NCBI GenBank assembly: GCA_964344415.1
Contig: CAYFMS010000002.1
Location: forward strand, 192,593-256,592
Reading direction: 5' to 3'
Origin: an uncultured Gammaproteobacteria bacterium
Lineage (GTDB): Bacteria; Patescibacteriota; Patescibacteriia; UBA9934
DNA length: 64,000 nt
The notes under the pieces are model-generated. The model saw only the letters and a list, made by a program, of their open reading frames with translations. It was not told the origin of the DNA and did no database searches. Both the position numbers and the translations under genes were made by a program. Within the stretch, counting starts at the first letter, position 1; every line of letters starts with the position of its first letter. Shown here piece by piece: positions 1-10,848 of the stretch.

Positions 1-464
1 ACACCGTGAATGCCGATATCGGCAAAATAACCTTCGACGAATTGTAATGCAGCAGAGTTGACCTGCTTTCCAAAGCCTTGAAAACGCGCGACGCCGGTGT
101 CATTGAATGAACATCCATCACAAACGGCATATCCTGTTGCCCAATCGAGCTGTTTTTGTGTTGGATTATCGTCAAGAATCAAACTCTGCTCCTTTTGAAG
201 AAGAACGAGCAGCACTTTTGGGTTAATTCCAGCTTCTTGTGATGCATTCCAAACAATATCGAGCGCCGACATATGGTCGCCCTCCCAGTTCTTCGTTTCA
301 TATTCGCCAAGATATCCACGGTCCAAATGTCGCTTTACCTGATCTTTCGTAAGCGCTCTTTCATCGAGGAATTCACTATCAGATATAATAAATTCAGGAT
401 CAAAACTAAACGCAAATGCCGTTTGCGGCACAAGTAATGTTACTAACAGAGCGAAAATACTCAT
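1..464 (-). CDS. Hypothetical secreted protein with N-terminal signal peptide; its C-terminal part lies beyond the left edge of the window
   Basis: Reverse-strand ORF starts with ATG at 462-464 (MSIFALLVTLLVPQTAFA...) and stays open to position 1. The hydrophobic N-terminus is consistent with a signal peptide. It is absent from the ORF track because it is truncated by the window edge. Confidence 0.45.
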   Translation of the reverse strand, partial: MSIFALLVTLLVPQTAFAFSFDPEFIISDSEFLDERALTKDQVKRHLDRGYLGEYETKNWEGDHMSALDIVWNASQEAGINPKVLLVLLQKEQSLILDDNPTQKQLDWATGYAVCDGCSFNDTGVARFQGFGKQVNSAALQFVEGYFADIGIHG

Positions 465-527
465 TCTTATCATACCCTGACAGTATACAATAATTGTGGT
501 GACGAATCATCCTAAGTATGCCGGTCA

Positions 528-556
528 TTGCTGAACCGCAAACATTTTAGTAATTT
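528..556 (+). promoter_or_regulatory. Candidate sigma70-type promoter for dnaG (TTGCTG-N17-TAATTT), predicting a leaderless or near-leaderless transcript
   Basis: -35-like TTGCTG at 528-533 and -10-like TAATTT at 551-556 with 17-nt spacing. The dnaG ATG sits at 563, about 7 nt downstream, with no SD. Confidence 0.3.
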
Positions 557-562
557 ACATAC

Positions 563-2347
563 ATGGAACCAAAAGATGAGATCAAAGAACGGCTTGATGT
601 TGCGGAGATTATATCGGGTTATATTGAATTGCGACCGGCTGGAATGAATGGCTTCAAGGCGATTTGTCCATTTCATAGTGAAAAAACACCTTCGCTGCAT
701 GTTTCGAAGGAAAAACAGATTTGGCATTGTTTTGGTTGCCATAAAGGCGGAGATATTTTTAGTTTTGTGATGGACATGGAGGGAATGAGTTTTGTTGAGG
801 CTTTAAAGCAACTTGCGCAAAAAGCAGGCGTGGAATTGCCTGAAAAATCATTTCGCGGGCAAGACAAGAAGAAACATGACGTACTATTTGAAGCGAATGA
901 ACTTGCGACGCGCTTTTATCAAGCTATTCTTGCAAAACATGACTCTGCTAAGGATGCGCGTGAGTATTTGGACAATCGAGGCATCGATAGTGATTTGATT
1001 ACAAAGTTCAAACTTGGATTTGCGCCAGAGGGATGGGATACATTTATTGCATTTGCGAGGAAGCGCGGATTACTACCGGAGCGGCTTGAAAAGGCGGGAC
1101 TAGCAAAAAAAAGAAGAAATGGGTCGGGCCATATTGATCAATTCAGGGGGCGGATTATGGTACCGATTATGAATGGGGCCGGCGCTGTTGTTGGATTTAC
1201 GGGCCGTATTTTAAAAGGTGAAGGTCCTAAATATGTAAATACCCCAGAGACGCCTATTTATCAAAAACGAGATCTGCTTTATGGCTTGCATCTTGCAAAA
1301 ACAGCTATACGCATGAATGATGCTGTGATTGTTGTCGAGGGGAATCTCGATGTCATTGCTTCGCATAAGGCTGGTATTGAACATGTCGTGGCAAGTTCGG
1401 GTACGGCTCTTACAGAATTGCAAGTCAGCAGTCTGAAGAAATTGACCAAGAATATTATCTTTTCTTTCGATTCAGATAATGCTGGATTTCAGGCAGCAAA
1501 TCGGGGAATTCAAATCGCTCTTAAATCTGGTATGAACGTATCCGTTGTACGTATTCCGGATGAGCTCGGTAAGGACCCAGATGATGTTGTTCAGCGCGAT
1601 CCAAAGGCTTGGGCTAATCTCGTGTCAAAACCGGTGCATATTATGGATTTTTACATTGAATATGCATTTAAGATGAACGATATTCAAACAGTGCAGGGGA
1701 AAAAGGGATTTTCGGATTTTGTGCTCAAGGAAATATCGAGAATTGATCATGCTGTTGAGCGGGAACATTGGCTTCAGAAAATAGCGGATATTCTTCATAT
1801 GGACATTAATGTTCTGCGTCGAGAGCTCGGACAGCCGGAAAGAAAGACTCCGCAGATGGTGCAGAAGGCTGAAATTCCAAAGAAAAAAAGCAAAATTGAA
1901 AAGGCTCTTGCAACTGTGATGGGAATGTTTATCGTATTTTCAGAAATGAGAGAAGAAATTGCTTCGTCGGGAATTCAAATGGATGCATTGCCCGAAAATT
2001 GGGCTAATGTTTACAAAAAAATCATAAGCAGATATACTGCCAGCAACACGACAAGTTCAGCGAAAACAAATCAATTAGATGACTATGGTGCACTTCTTGC
2101 ATTCGTTGGGGAAGAGAATGAGCCGTTAATACGGTCGGCAATTCTCGAAGCCGAGCAAATGCTTGAAGGAAACGGTCATGAATATGTGCGCAGTGAACTT
2201 CGTCGATATATACAAGTGATTTTGAATATCCAATCCACGAAGCAGCGTTTGCGGATTGAAGCTGATATTCGTAATGCTGAATCAAGTGGCGACGAAGAAA
2301 AACTCCGTCAATTGCTTGATGCCTATCAGCAAATAATTAAAGGGTAA
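563..2347 (+). CDS. dnaG: DNA primase DnaG
   Basis: CHC2 zinc-finger (CPFHSEKTPS...HCFGCHKGGD), a TOPRIM region (VVEGNLDVIA...SFDSDNAG) and 594 aa. It sits immediately upstream of rpoD, the conserved macromolecular-synthesis operon arrangement. Confidence 0.9.
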   Translation: MEPKDEIKERLDVAEIISGYIELRPAGMNGFKAICPFHSEKTPSLHVSKEKQIWHCFGCHKGGDIFSFVMDMEGMSFVEALKQLAQKAGVELPEKSFRGQDKKKHDVLFEANELATRFYQAILAKHDSAKDAREYLDNRGIDSDLITKFKLGFAPEGWDTFIAFARKRGLLPERLEKAGLAKKRRNGSGHIDQFRGRIMVPIMNGAGAVVGFTGRILKGEGPKYVNTPETPIYQKRDLLYGLHLAKTAIRMNDAVIVVEGNLDVIASHKAGIEHVVASSGTALTELQVSSLKKLTKNIIFSFDSDNAGFQAANRGIQIALKSGMNVSVVRIPDELGKDPDDVVQRDPKAWANLVSKPVHIMDFYIEYAFKMNDIQTVQGKKGFSDFVLKEISRIDHAVEREHWLQKIADILHMDINVLRRELGQPERKTPQMVQKAEIPKKKSKIEKALATVMGMFIVFSEMREEIASSGIQMDALPENWANVYKKIISRYTASNTTSSAKTNQLDDYGALLAFVGEENEPLIRSAILEAEQMLEGNGHEYVRSELRRYIQVILNIQSTKQRLRIEADIRNAESSGDEEKLRQLLDAYQQIIKG

Positions 2348-2371
2348 CTCGGGACTCCGCATAGCGGGTCT

Positions 2372-3532
2372 TTGGTTCATTTTATGCCTGCAACAAAGAA
2401 AACAAGCACCAAAGTAGCAAAAAAAGAGCGCTATAAAAAATCAGCGCCACCCAAGGAGGAAAAATTGAATCGATTAATTGAACGCGGAATGACAAGAGGG
2501 TTCCTCACTGAAAATGAGGTTCTTTATGGATTCGGAGAGCTTGAAGATCATCTGACGGCACTCGAGGATTTTCTTGATCTTGTTGAGTTGAAGGGGCTCC
2601 ATTTTATTGAAATGAAGGAGGGGTTTCTTGGCACTTCAGGAACAAAGGAAGGTATTTATGAAAAAATTCGGCAAAAGCATGAACCTGGAAAGGTAGATTT
2701 TTCAGAGCTCACGCATGATTCTATTCAAATGTATTTGCGTGAAATCGGTAAAATCCCTCTTCTTTCTGCCGAGGAAGAGATTGCGCTAGCGAAACGAAAA
2801 GAAAGAAATGATAAAGAGGCAGAGCAGCGACTTATTGAAGCAAATTTACGTCTTGTTGTTTCTATTGCAAAGAAATTCGTTGGAAAAACATTGACGCTTC
2901 TTGATTTGATTCAAGAGGGGAATGTTGGATTATTCCGAGCGGTAAAGAAATTTGAATATCGTAAAGGGTATAAGTTTTCAACCTATGCGACATGGTGGAT
3001 TCGTCAAGCGATCACGCGTGCGCTTGCAGACCAATCGCGAACCATTCGTATTCCCGTTCACATGGTTGAAACGATTAATAAATTCAAGAAAATTGAACGT
3101 CGCCTGATTCAGGATTTGGGTCGTGAGCCTCTTGCGGAAGAAATGGCGGCTGAAATGGACTTGCCGATTGAAAAAGTGCGTCATATTAAGAAAATTTCTC
3201 AAGAAACAGTTTCCCTCACTGCTTCGGTTGGTGATGATGATGAGGATTCAAAGCTCGAAGACTTTATCGAGGATACAAAGACAATTTCACCATCAAAACA
3301 GGCTGCACGCGAGCTTTTGAAGGACTATGTTGGCGATGCAATGAAGGATTTGACGCCACGTGAACAAAAGATTCTAGAAATGAGGTTTGGACTCACGGAC
3401 GGCGTCTCACATACTTTGGAAGAAGTTGGACGAGAATTTGATGTAACGCGTGAACGTATTCGACAAATCGAGGCGAAGGCGCTTGAGAAGATTCAACAGA
3501 AGGAAATCATCCACAAATTGCGTGATTATTAA
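2372..3532 (+). CDS. rpoD: RNA polymerase primary sigma factor (sigma-70 family)
   Basis: Region 2 motifs ([40 protein letters not shown]), region 3 and a region 4 HTH ([24 protein letters not shown]); 386 aa. Confidence 0.9.
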   Translation: MVHFMPATKKTSTKVAKKERYKKSAPPKEEKLNRLIERGMTRGFLTENEVLYGFGELEDHLTALEDFLDLVELKGLHFIEMKEGFLGTSGTKEGIYEKIRQKHEPGKVDFSELTHDSIQMYLREIGKIPLLSAEEEIALAKRKERNDKEAEQRLIEANLRLVVSIAKKFVGKTLTLLDLIQEGNVGLFRAVKKFEYRKGYKFSTYATWWIRQAITRALADQSRTIRIPVHMVETINKFKKIERRLIQDLGREPLAEEMAAEMDLPIEKVRHIKKISQETVSLTASVGDDDEDSKLEDFIEDTKTISPSKQAARELLKDYVGDAMKDLTPREQKILEMRFGLTDGVSHTLEEVGREFDVTRERIRQIEAKALEKIQQKEIIHKLRDY

Positions 3533-3696
3533 TAAAAAAAGTCCGCCTACGTCGAGAGGAACGATGACATAGACGGAGATTGCTCGGCGGCGAGCGGCGA
3601 TAGCTTCAAAGAGGATTGGCTGGGAAGCTACCAGCTGAGCTCAAGCTCACCGAGCGCAAGAATATTGCCAAAATATTAATGCATTGTCAATAGAGT

Positions 3697-3936
3697 ATGG
3701 GTAAAAACAAAAAAGTCATTTCAAAAGTTCATGAAAAAGCCATTGGATACATACTTGCTGCATTTGGTTTAGTAGCCGGTCTTGCATGGAATGAAGCCAT
3801 CAAAGAGGCAATTCAAGTGTTGTACCCGCTTGACCAAGACTCACTCACAGCAAAATTCATCTATGCCGGCATCATGACCGTGATTGTTGTGATTGTGTCT
3901 GTTGTATTGTTGCGTGGGAGTGGGGAGAAGAAATAA
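3697..3936 (+). CDS. Small membrane protein (79 aa), hypothetical
   Basis: ORF with two predicted hydrophobic helices (ILAAFGLVAGLAW; IMTVIVVIVSVVLL); no recognisable family. Confidence 0.4.
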   Translation: MGKNKKVISKVHEKAIGYILAAFGLVAGLAWNEAIKEAIQVLYPLDQDSLTAKFIYAGIMTVIVVIVSVVLLRGSGEKK

Positions 3937-3960
3937 TTATCTTATTCGGGAATTCATAAA

Positions 3961-3990
3961 AATAAGCCCTCAGGGGCTTATTTTGTATTT
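3961..3990. terminator. Bidirectional intrinsic terminator between convergent genes (small membrane protein + / clpB -)
   Basis: Hairpin TAAGCCC-TCA-GGGCTTA (3963-3980) flanked by an A-run upstream and TTTTGTATTT downstream. Confidence 0.55.
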
Positions 3991-6608
3991 ATCACGACAT
4001 TGTCATTTTCCATGTCGACGATGATTTTGGCTTCTTCGGGGACTTCGCCGGAAATGATTTTCATGGCGAGGGGATCCATAACCTGATTCTGAATCACGCG
4101 TTTGAGTGGCCTTGCGCCATATTTTGGATCAAATCCTTTCTTGGCGAGGTATTTCTTTGCAGCTGCTCGGACAGTTAATTTCATTCCGCGTTGTTTTTCG
4201 AGTCTCGCAGCAACTTCTTCAATCTGAAGCTGTACAATATCAGCGATATTTTCAGGTGTTAATGAGTGGAAGAAAATAACATCATCAACGCGATTCAAAA
4301 ATTCTGGACGGAAATGATCGCGCAATTGCTTCACAACATGTTCTTTCGTGGCATTCTCAACCGTATCCGTTTCATCTTCAAAACCAATACTTCCATTTTT
4401 ATCCGAATTCAGGATGATATCAGACCCAATATTTGATGTCATGATAATGATGGTATTCTTGAAATTCACTTTTCGGCCTTTTGAATCAGTGATATGTCCA
4501 TCGTCAAGAATTTGCAGGAGAAGATTGAAAATGTCCGGATGCGCTTTCTCGATTTCATCAAATAGTACGACAGAGTAGGGGCGTCGACGGATTTTTTCTG
4601 TAAGTTGACCCGCTTCGTCATAACCAACATAGCCCGGAGGAGACCCAATCATTTTGCTGACAGAATGTTTCTCCATAAATTCGGACATATCGACGCGGAT
4701 AAGCGCTTCTTCGTCGTCAAACATAAAGGTAGCCAGCTCTTTTGCAAGTTCGGTTTTTCCAACCCCGGTCGGACCAAGGAAAATGAATGATCCGATTGGT
4801 CGCTTTTCTTCTGAAATACCAGCTCGAGAACGCCTTAAGGCATTGCTAACAGCCGTAATAGCCTCTTCCTGACCGATGATATGCTTCTTAAGGTCAAGCT
4901 CCATATGGGAGAGTTTTTCCATTTCACTACGAAGCATTTTTGAAACTGGTATATTCGTCCAACGCGATACAATTCCTGCAATCTCTTCTTCGGAAATCTC
5001 TTCTTTCAATAGGCCGCGCTCTTGCTGGAATTTACGAAGCTCAATCTGAGCATCTTTTAGCTCTTCCTGTTTCTGCGGAATTCGTCCATATCGAATTTCA
5101 GCAACTTTTTGTAGGTCGCCGCGACGCTCTTCTATATCTGATTCTGATGTTAATTTATCGATTTCGTCTTTCAGGATTTGAATCTTTTTGATGAGCTCTT
5201 TTTCATTTTTCCATCTCAACTCCAAATCTCCAGATTGTTCTTTTAGATCGGCAATCTGTTTATCGATTTCTTTCAATCGTGTTTTACCTTTCTTGGTTTT
5301 TTCCTGAAGAAGTGATTGTCTTTCAATTTCAAGACGCATTTCTTCACGCTTCAATCGGTCAAGCTCTTCTGGCATAGAATCGATTTGCATTCGAAGTGCA
5401 GCTGCAGCTTCGTCGACAAGATCAATGGCCTTATCCGGTAGATTTCGGTCGGTAATGTATCGATTCGAAAGCTCAACTGCTGAAATGATGGCATCGTCGG
5501 AAATACGAACACCATGATGAATTTCATATTTCTCTTTAATCCCGCGAAGAATGGCAATAGCATCTTCGCTTGAAGGCTGGGCGACCATAACGGGCTGGAA
5601 TCGTCGTTCAAGGGCCGCATCTTTTTCAATATATTTCTGATATTCATTGAGCGTTGTAGCACCAACAACACGCATTTCACCGCGGGCTAGGGCAGGCTTG
5701 AGTAGATTTGATGCATCCATTGGCGAATCATCACCTTTACCGGCTCCCACAAGTGTATGAAGCTCATCAATAAAGAGAATGACTTGTCCATCTGTACTTT
5801 CAATTTCACGAATCACGGCCTTCAATCTTTCCTCAAATTCTCCACGGAATTTTGTTCCGGCAATAAGAGATCCTAAATCGAGTGACATAATGTCTTTGCC
5901 GCGAAGCATTTCCGGGACATCATCATTTGCAATACGTTGCGCGAGTCCCTCGGCAATGGCCGTTTTACCAACGCCAGCTTCACCTACTAAGACGGGGTTG
6001 TTTTTTGTTCTGCGCACTAAGATTTGCATGATACGTCGAATTTCTTCATCGCGACCGATGATTGGGTCTAGTTTTCCGTCCCTAGCTCGCTTTGTGAGAT
6101 TGATGGCATATTTCTCAAGAGCTTGAAATTTAGCTTCAGGATTCGCCGAATCGACTTTATGACTACCACGAACATCTTTCAATGTTTTCAAAACGGTTTC
6201 TTCATTCACACCGTATACAGAAAGGAGCTTTCCAACACTGCGATCTTCAAGAAGTGCCAAGAGCAAATGTTCCGTTGAAATATATTCATCACCAAATTTC
6301 TTTGCTTTTGCGCCAGAACCTTGCAAGACTTTTGCGAGGGCAGGGGTAAGCAGAACCTGGCCAATTCCACCTGTTTCAAAAGAATTGACTCGGGGTAATT
6401 GCCGTAAAAAATGATCGGCATCCTTTTTAAGGCCAGAAATATTAATATTGAGTTTTCTAAAAATAGTTAAAACAATGCCATCTTCTTGGGTAAGAAGCGC
6501 AATAAGTAAATGTAATGGTTCAATCCCTTGCTGCCCATTATCATTCGCAATAAATTGCGATGTTTGAATGGCCTCTTGAGATTTGCTTGTAAAATTGTTT
6601 GGAATCAT
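3978..6608 (-). CDS. clpB: ATP-dependent chaperone ClpB (two AAA+ modules with coiled-coil middle domain)
   Basis: 876 aa with an N-terminal Clp-N domain, Walker A GEAGVGKT (NBD1) and GPTGVGKT (NBD2), a long coiled-coil M-domain between them and sensor motifs. Confidence 0.93.
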   Translation of the reverse strand: MIPNNFTSKSQEAIQTSQFIANDNGQQGIEPLHLLIALLTQEDGIVLTIFRKLNINISGLKKDADHFLRQLPRVNSFETGGIGQVLLTPALAKVLQGSGAKAKKFGDEYISTEHLLLALLEDRSVGKLLSVYGVNEETVLKTLKDVRGSHKVDSANPEAKFQALEKYAINLTKRARDGKLDPIIGRDEEIRRIMQILVRRTKNNPVLVGEAGVGKTAIAEGLAQRIANDDVPEMLRGKDIMSLDLGSLIAGTKFRGEFEERLKAVIREIESTDGQVILFIDELHTLVGAGKGDDSPMDASNLLKPALARGEMRVVGATTLNEYQKYIEKDAALERRFQPVMVAQPSSEDAIAILRGIKEKYEIHHGVRISDDAIISAVELSNRYITDRNLPDKAIDLVDEAAAALRMQIDSMPEELDRLKREEMRLEIERQSLLQEKTKKGKTRLKEIDKQIADLKEQSGDLELRWKNEKELIKKIQILKDEIDKLTSESDIEERRGDLQKVAEIRYGRIPQKQEELKDAQIELRKFQQERGLLKEEISEEEIAGIVSRWTNIPVSKMLRSEMEKLSHMELDLKKHIIGQEEAITAVSNALRRSRAGISEEKRPIGSFIFLGPTGVGKTELAKELATFMFDDEEALIRVDMSEFMEKHSVSKMIGSPPGYVGYDEAGQLTEKIRRRPYSVVLFDEIEKAHPDIFNLLLQILDDGHITDSKGRKVNFKNTIIIMTSNIGSDIILNSDKNGSIGFEDETDTVENATKEHVVKQLRDHFRPEFLNRVDDVIFFHSLTPENIADIVQLQIEEVAARLEKQRGMKLTVRAAAKKYLAKKGFDPKYGARPLKRVIQNQVMDPLAMKIISGEVPEEAKIIVDMENDNVVINTK

Positions 6609-6621
6609 ACTCCTGATGTGA

Positions 6622-6648
6622 TTAGCACTCTCTAGTATAGAGTGCTAA
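6622..6648. promoter_or_regulatory. CIRCE operator (HrcA binding site) upstream of clpB
   Basis: Exact match to the CIRCE consensus TTAGCACTC-N9-GAGTGCTAA (ttagcactc tctagtata gagtgctaa), 14 bp upstream of the clpB start codon in the divergent promoter region. Confidence 0.75.
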
Positions 6649-6690
6649 TTTTGACTCGTCAAGTGAATACATTTTTGATACAGTCTATGC

Positions 6691-7098
6691 ATGAATATTT
6701 TCGGAATACTATGTTTTGTCATGCTAACACTCGCACTTCATGCAGCGGGAATGCATGATTTATATTGGACAATTTCTTGGTATGATGCTCCAGTTCATTT
6801 TGCCGGCGGTATGGGAAGCGGCGCTATCGGGCTTTATATTTGGCTTCATTCAGGGATTAAAATGGAATCAGGAATGCTAATGAAATATGTCATTTCGTTA
6901 TTATTTGTATTGGGTGTCGCCGCACTGATTGGAATTGCCTGGGAATGGCATGAATACCTTTTGGATGTGTATCATGATGTATTTATTAGGCAAGAAAATG
7001 TTGCAGATACCATGCAGGACTTTTTCATGGATTTAACGGGCGCTGCGCTCATTTATGTCATATTTGGAATTCGAGCTATTAGAAAAAATCAGCAATAA
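6691..7098 (+). CDS. Hypothetical integral membrane protein (135 aa)
   Basis: Four predicted TM segments; no family recognised. Confidence 0.4.
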   Translation: MNIFGILCFVMLTLALHAAGMHDLYWTISWYDAPVHFAGGMGSGAIGLYIWLHSGIKMESGMLMKYVISLLFVLGVAALIGIAWEWHEYLLDVYHDVFIRQENVADTMQDFFMDLTGAALIYVIFGIRAIRKNQQ

Positions 7099-7873
7099 AT
7101 CACAGGATTTAACTGTTGAAATAATTCTTGAGCAGATTGATGAAGCGATTCAAAATCGTGACTTTTTCGATATTTTCACTGTGAATCCAGAATATACATT
7201 ACTTGCATTGAAAGAGCATGAGGTATTCAAAACAATATCGAATGCAGCACTTATTCTTCCTGATGGCATCGGTCTTGTTTATGCGGCGATTGCATTCGAT
7301 ATCCCATCATTTTATCGTTTTACGGGTGCAGACATGGTTCAAAAAATCATTGATCATAGTGCGAAAAATAATTATCGAATACTCATTTTGGGTGATGAAT
7401 CGGCAAAGATTGCGGTGAATAAATGGCGCGAACAATACCGAGGCCTTGATATTCATGAACTGAATCCAGGCAAAATTGAATATCATATTCATAATGGGAT
7501 ACATCCAAATATCCTGATGAAAATAGAAGACATACAGCCCGATATTATTCTTGTGGCGCTACCAATGAAAGCGCAAATTGCTTATGCAAATCATCTGAAA
7601 GAACAGGGGATTCAGACTGTTATTATGGGTGTTGGCGGCGCAATAGATATGGCTGCCGGTACGCGAAAACGCGCACCTGAATGGTGGCGGCAGCTGGGAA
7701 TTGAGTGGCTTTGGAGGCTTGCAATTGAACCAAGGAGGTATTCGCGAATTTTTGCAGCTGTGATCCGCTTTCCACTTCGAATTGCCTATGTTACGCTAAG
7801 GCAAAATCGGCTATTCACAGCAATATATAAAGTTTTTAAATATCTATTTGGATTCGGCTATGAAAAAGGTTAG
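7055..7873 (+). CDS. WecB/TagA/CpsF-family glycosyltransferase (N-acetylmannosaminyltransferase-like)
   Basis: Family signature block GVGGAIDMAAGTRKRAPEWWRQLGIEWLWRLAIEPRR plus NYRILILGDESAKIA. The 5' end overlaps the previous ORF; the true start may be internal. Confidence 0.7.
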   Translation: MSYLEFELLEKISNKSQDLTVEIILEQIDEAIQNRDFFDIFTVNPEYTLLALKEHEVFKTISNAALILPDGIGLVYAAIAFDIPSFYRFTGADMVQKIIDHSAKNNYRILILGDESAKIAVNKWREQYRGLDIHELNPGKIEYHIHNGIHPNILMKIEDIQPDIILVALPMKAQIAYANHLKEQGIQTVIMGVGGAIDMAAGTRKRAPEWWRQLGIEWLWRLAIEPRRYSRIFAAVIRFPLRIAYVTLRQNRLFTAIYKVFKYLFGFGYEKG

Positions 7874-9311
7874 AACTCGCATCGCGCCATCGCCAACGGG
7901 CTATGTACATATTGGGACATTGAGAACGGCACTTTACAACTATTTCTTTGCAAAAAAAGCTGAGGGAGATTTTATCATTCGCATTGAAGACACGGACCAG
8001 AAGCGCTTTGTTGAAGGTGCGATGGAGAATTTGCTATCCGTGATGAAACGCATGCATATCAATCATGATGAAGGGCCGGTGATTTCGGATGATGGTGCAA
8101 TTGAGGAGAAAGGAGAATTCGGACCTTATATTCAGTCGCAGCGCAAGGATATTTACGCAGAGTATGCAGACCGGCTGATTGAGCAAGGTGATGCATATCA
8201 TTGTTTTTGTACGAGTGAGCGATTGGCTGAAATGCGTGAAGCTCAGAAAAATGCCAAGCAGACGCCAAAATATGATCGTCATTGTTTGGGATTGAGTAAG
8301 GAAGATGTGCAGGCAAGAATTAATGCGGGTGAGTCCTATGTTTTGCGCATGCAGATTCCTGAAGGAAAAACAGAATTCGACGATATTATTCGTGGAAAAA
8401 TTGTTATAGATAACAACGAAATCGACGATCAGGTTATTGTGAAGTCCGATGGAATGCCTGTGTATCACTTTGCGGTGGTCATTGACGATCATTTAATGCA
8501 AATTTCACATATTATTCGAGGTGAAGAGTGGATTAGTTCGACGCCGAAGCATGTGACGCTTTATGAAATGCTGGGATTTGATCAGCCGAAATTTGCACAT
8601 GTGCCACTTCTTTTGAATGAGGATAAAACAAAGCTGTCAAAGAGGCAGGGTGATGTGTCAGTTGAGGATTTCCTAAATAAAGGATATTTGCCTGATGCTC
8701 TGATTAATTTTGTAGCAACGCTTGGTTATAATCCAAAAGGCGATCAAGAAATATATGAAATGGACGAGTTGATTAAGCTTTTTGATCTTTCGAAGGTGAA
8801 TAAATCTGGCGCGGTGATGAATATTGAAAAGCTTGATTGGATGAATGGAGAATATATTAAAAAATTGAGCGATGAGGCATATCTTGAAATTGCAGCTGAA
8901 TTTACTGGTGAAATGACGCAGGTGCAACGAAATGCGGCGATTGTGGAAAAGCAAAGAATTCAACGATTTGATGAGCTTCCGCAGCTTATTGGTCAATATG
9001 ACAAATTGCCAGAATATGATGCGAATATAATTGTGTGGAAGAAGGCAGACGCAGCGGATGCAACAATGCAATTGAATGGATTATTGGAACAGATTGATAC
9101 TATCCCTTTTGATGGTCAGGTTTCTGATATCGAGGAGGTGGTAAAGGGATACATTTCTTCTAATGATTTGCAAAATGGAAATGTGCTTTGGCCATTAAGA
9201 ATTGCGCTTTCGGGGCAGGAGAGGAGCGTGAGCCCATTCGATCTTCTTTGGATTTTGGGGAAAGATGAGTCAAAAAGTCGTATTGAGATTGCCATTAGTA
9301 AACTTGGCTGA
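7848..9311 (+). CDS. gltX: Glutamyl-tRNA synthetase
   Basis: Class I HIGH region (RIAPSPTGYVHIGTLRTAL) and KMSKS-type KLSKR motif; 487 aa. Confidence 0.9.
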   Translation: MDSAMKKVRTRIAPSPTGYVHIGTLRTALYNYFFAKKAEGDFIIRIEDTDQKRFVEGAMENLLSVMKRMHINHDEGPVISDDGAIEEKGEFGPYIQSQRKDIYAEYADRLIEQGDAYHCFCTSERLAEMREAQKNAKQTPKYDRHCLGLSKEDVQARINAGESYVLRMQIPEGKTEFDDIIRGKIVIDNNEIDDQVIVKSDGMPVYHFAVVIDDHLMQISHIIRGEEWISSTPKHVTLYEMLGFDQPKFAHVPLLLNEDKTKLSKRQGDVSVEDFLNKGYLPDALINFVATLGYNPKGDQEIYEMDELIKLFDLSKVNKSGAVMNIEKLDWMNGEYIKKLSDEAYLEIAAEFTGEMTQVQRNAAIVEKQRIQRFDELPQLIGQYDKLPEYDANIIVWKKADAADATMQLNGLLEQIDTIPFDGQVSDIEEVVKGYISSNDLQNGNVLWPLRIALSGQERSVSPFDLLWILGKDESKSRIEIAISKLG

Positions 9312-9329
9312 ACTTGCTATAATTGATTC

Positions 9330-10508
9330 ATGATAAAACCGTTACGCCTCATTGCATCTATTTTGCTTAGTGCCATGATGTTCGCCACTACGAGCATGGC
9401 TTTTGCGAATGATATTGATGATCTTGAAAATGAAATATCTGTCCGTAAAGCTCAGATTCAAGAGCTCTCGGATGATATTGCGGCATATAGGGAGCGTCTC
9501 GATGAATTAGCGGGGCAAAAGTCTACACTGAACAATGACATTGAACTTATTCAAAATCAGGTTGCATTGACGGAGCTTGATATTCAGGCCACGCAAATTG
9601 AAATAGAGGCAGCTCAGCTTAATCTTGATTTGCTGAATGAGCAGATTAGACGTGAAACAGCCCATGTTAAAACACAGCGGGCGTTACTGAAGAATTCTTT
9701 ATTTGAGCTTTATCGTTCGAGCAATGTATCAACAGTAGAATTGGTTTTTAGCTCGCAGAATTTCCATGAATTATTTTCATCGATTGAATATCTTGAAACA
9801 TTGAGTACGAATTTACATGATACGCTCGATGAGACAAAAAAAGTCAGGCAGCAGCTCGAAGAACATCGGACAGATCAACAAGATCAATTAGATGCGCTTC
9901 AGGAGCTTGAAAATGATTTAACGGGGAGAATTGCTGCGCTTGAGGGTCAAAAACGTGCCGTTGATATCCTTCTTGAAGCAACGCAGAGTTCAGAAGCAGA
10001 ATATGAACGATTACTGAGCGAATTACGCGGCGAGCAAGAATATGCCAATGCTCGAGTTTCGCAGCTGCAGCAAGAGCTAGAATCAAAATTGCGGGAATCA
10101 GGCGGTGAAGAGTATGTCAGTGATACAAGCATGGTGTCTCCGCTTGATAGCTATATTGTGACGGCTACATTCCATGACCCGACCTATCCATGGCGCCATA
10201 TTTATGAACATTCAGGTCTTGATATGGCTGCACCAACGGGTACGCCTGTTCGGGCCGCTACATCTGGGATTATTGCTTGGACGCGTACAGTGAAGTCCTA
10301 TGGAAATTACATCATGGTTATTCATGATAATGGTTTGGCGACGCTTTATGCTCATCTTTCTGGGTTTAATGTAACTGCTGACCAGTTCGTAGGGAAGGGG
10401 GATGTGATTGGGTATGTAGGTAGCACGGGATTTTCAACGGGACCACATCTACACTTCGAGGTTCGGTCTAATGGTATACCGGTGAATCCTCAGAACTACA
10501 TTCCATAA
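9330..10508 (+). CDS. M23-family metallopeptidase with N-terminal signal peptide and long coiled-coil (EnvC/NlpD-like murein hydrolase or activator)
   Basis: C-terminal M23 motifs (HSGLDMAAPTGTPVRA...GNYIMVIHDNGLATLYAHL...GSTGFSTGPHLHFEV). The N-terminal ~250 aa is predicted coiled coil. Confidence 0.85.
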   Translation: MIKPLRLIASILLSAMMFATTSMAFANDIDDLENEISVRKAQIQELSDDIAAYRERLDELAGQKSTLNNDIELIQNQVALTELDIQATQIEIEAAQLNLDLLNEQIRRETAHVKTQRALLKNSLFELYRSSNVSTVELVFSSQNFHELFSSIEYLETLSTNLHDTLDETKKVRQQLEEHRTDQQDQLDALQELENDLTGRIAALEGQKRAVDILLEATQSSEAEYERLLSELRGEQEYANARVSQLQQELESKLRESGGEEYVSDTSMVSPLDSYIVTATFHDPTYPWRHIYEHSGLDMAAPTGTPVRAATSGIIAWTRTVKSYGNYIMVIHDNGLATLYAHLSGFNVTADQFVGKGDVIGYVGSTGFSTGPHLHFEVRSNGIPVNPQNYIP

Positions 10509-10848
10509 AGAATTCGTATTCCCATCTCTCCTAATATTTTACGACACTATAGAATATATGATGAGGGTGGAGGGGTAATGCATATTTAAGATTGCAATCC
10601 TCTTATAGAGTAAACGGATATAAATATATTAGTGAATACAAAAATTATAGAGATGAAATTTTTCGACGAGCAAAATTACGCTGTAAAATAAGCATAAAGC
10701 GACACTGATCATATATTGTGTTCATCATCTATATAATGCAATGTACTGCTATACCTCTCGAAATATCCTGTAGTGTCGTATAAGATATATTGTGCGACGC
10801 ATCTATTATTTTTAAAACAGATGTGGTTGAGGGTATGTTCTGTGCAAC

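Noticed and set aside
3533-3696. Possible structured RNA or terminator after rpoD
   Set aside because: Only weak, imperfect inverted repeats and no T-run; insufficient for a call.
4348-6421. Multiple 60-115-aa ORFs on both strands inside clpB
   Set aside because: They are nested in or antisense to a strongly supported 876-aa ClpB ORF.
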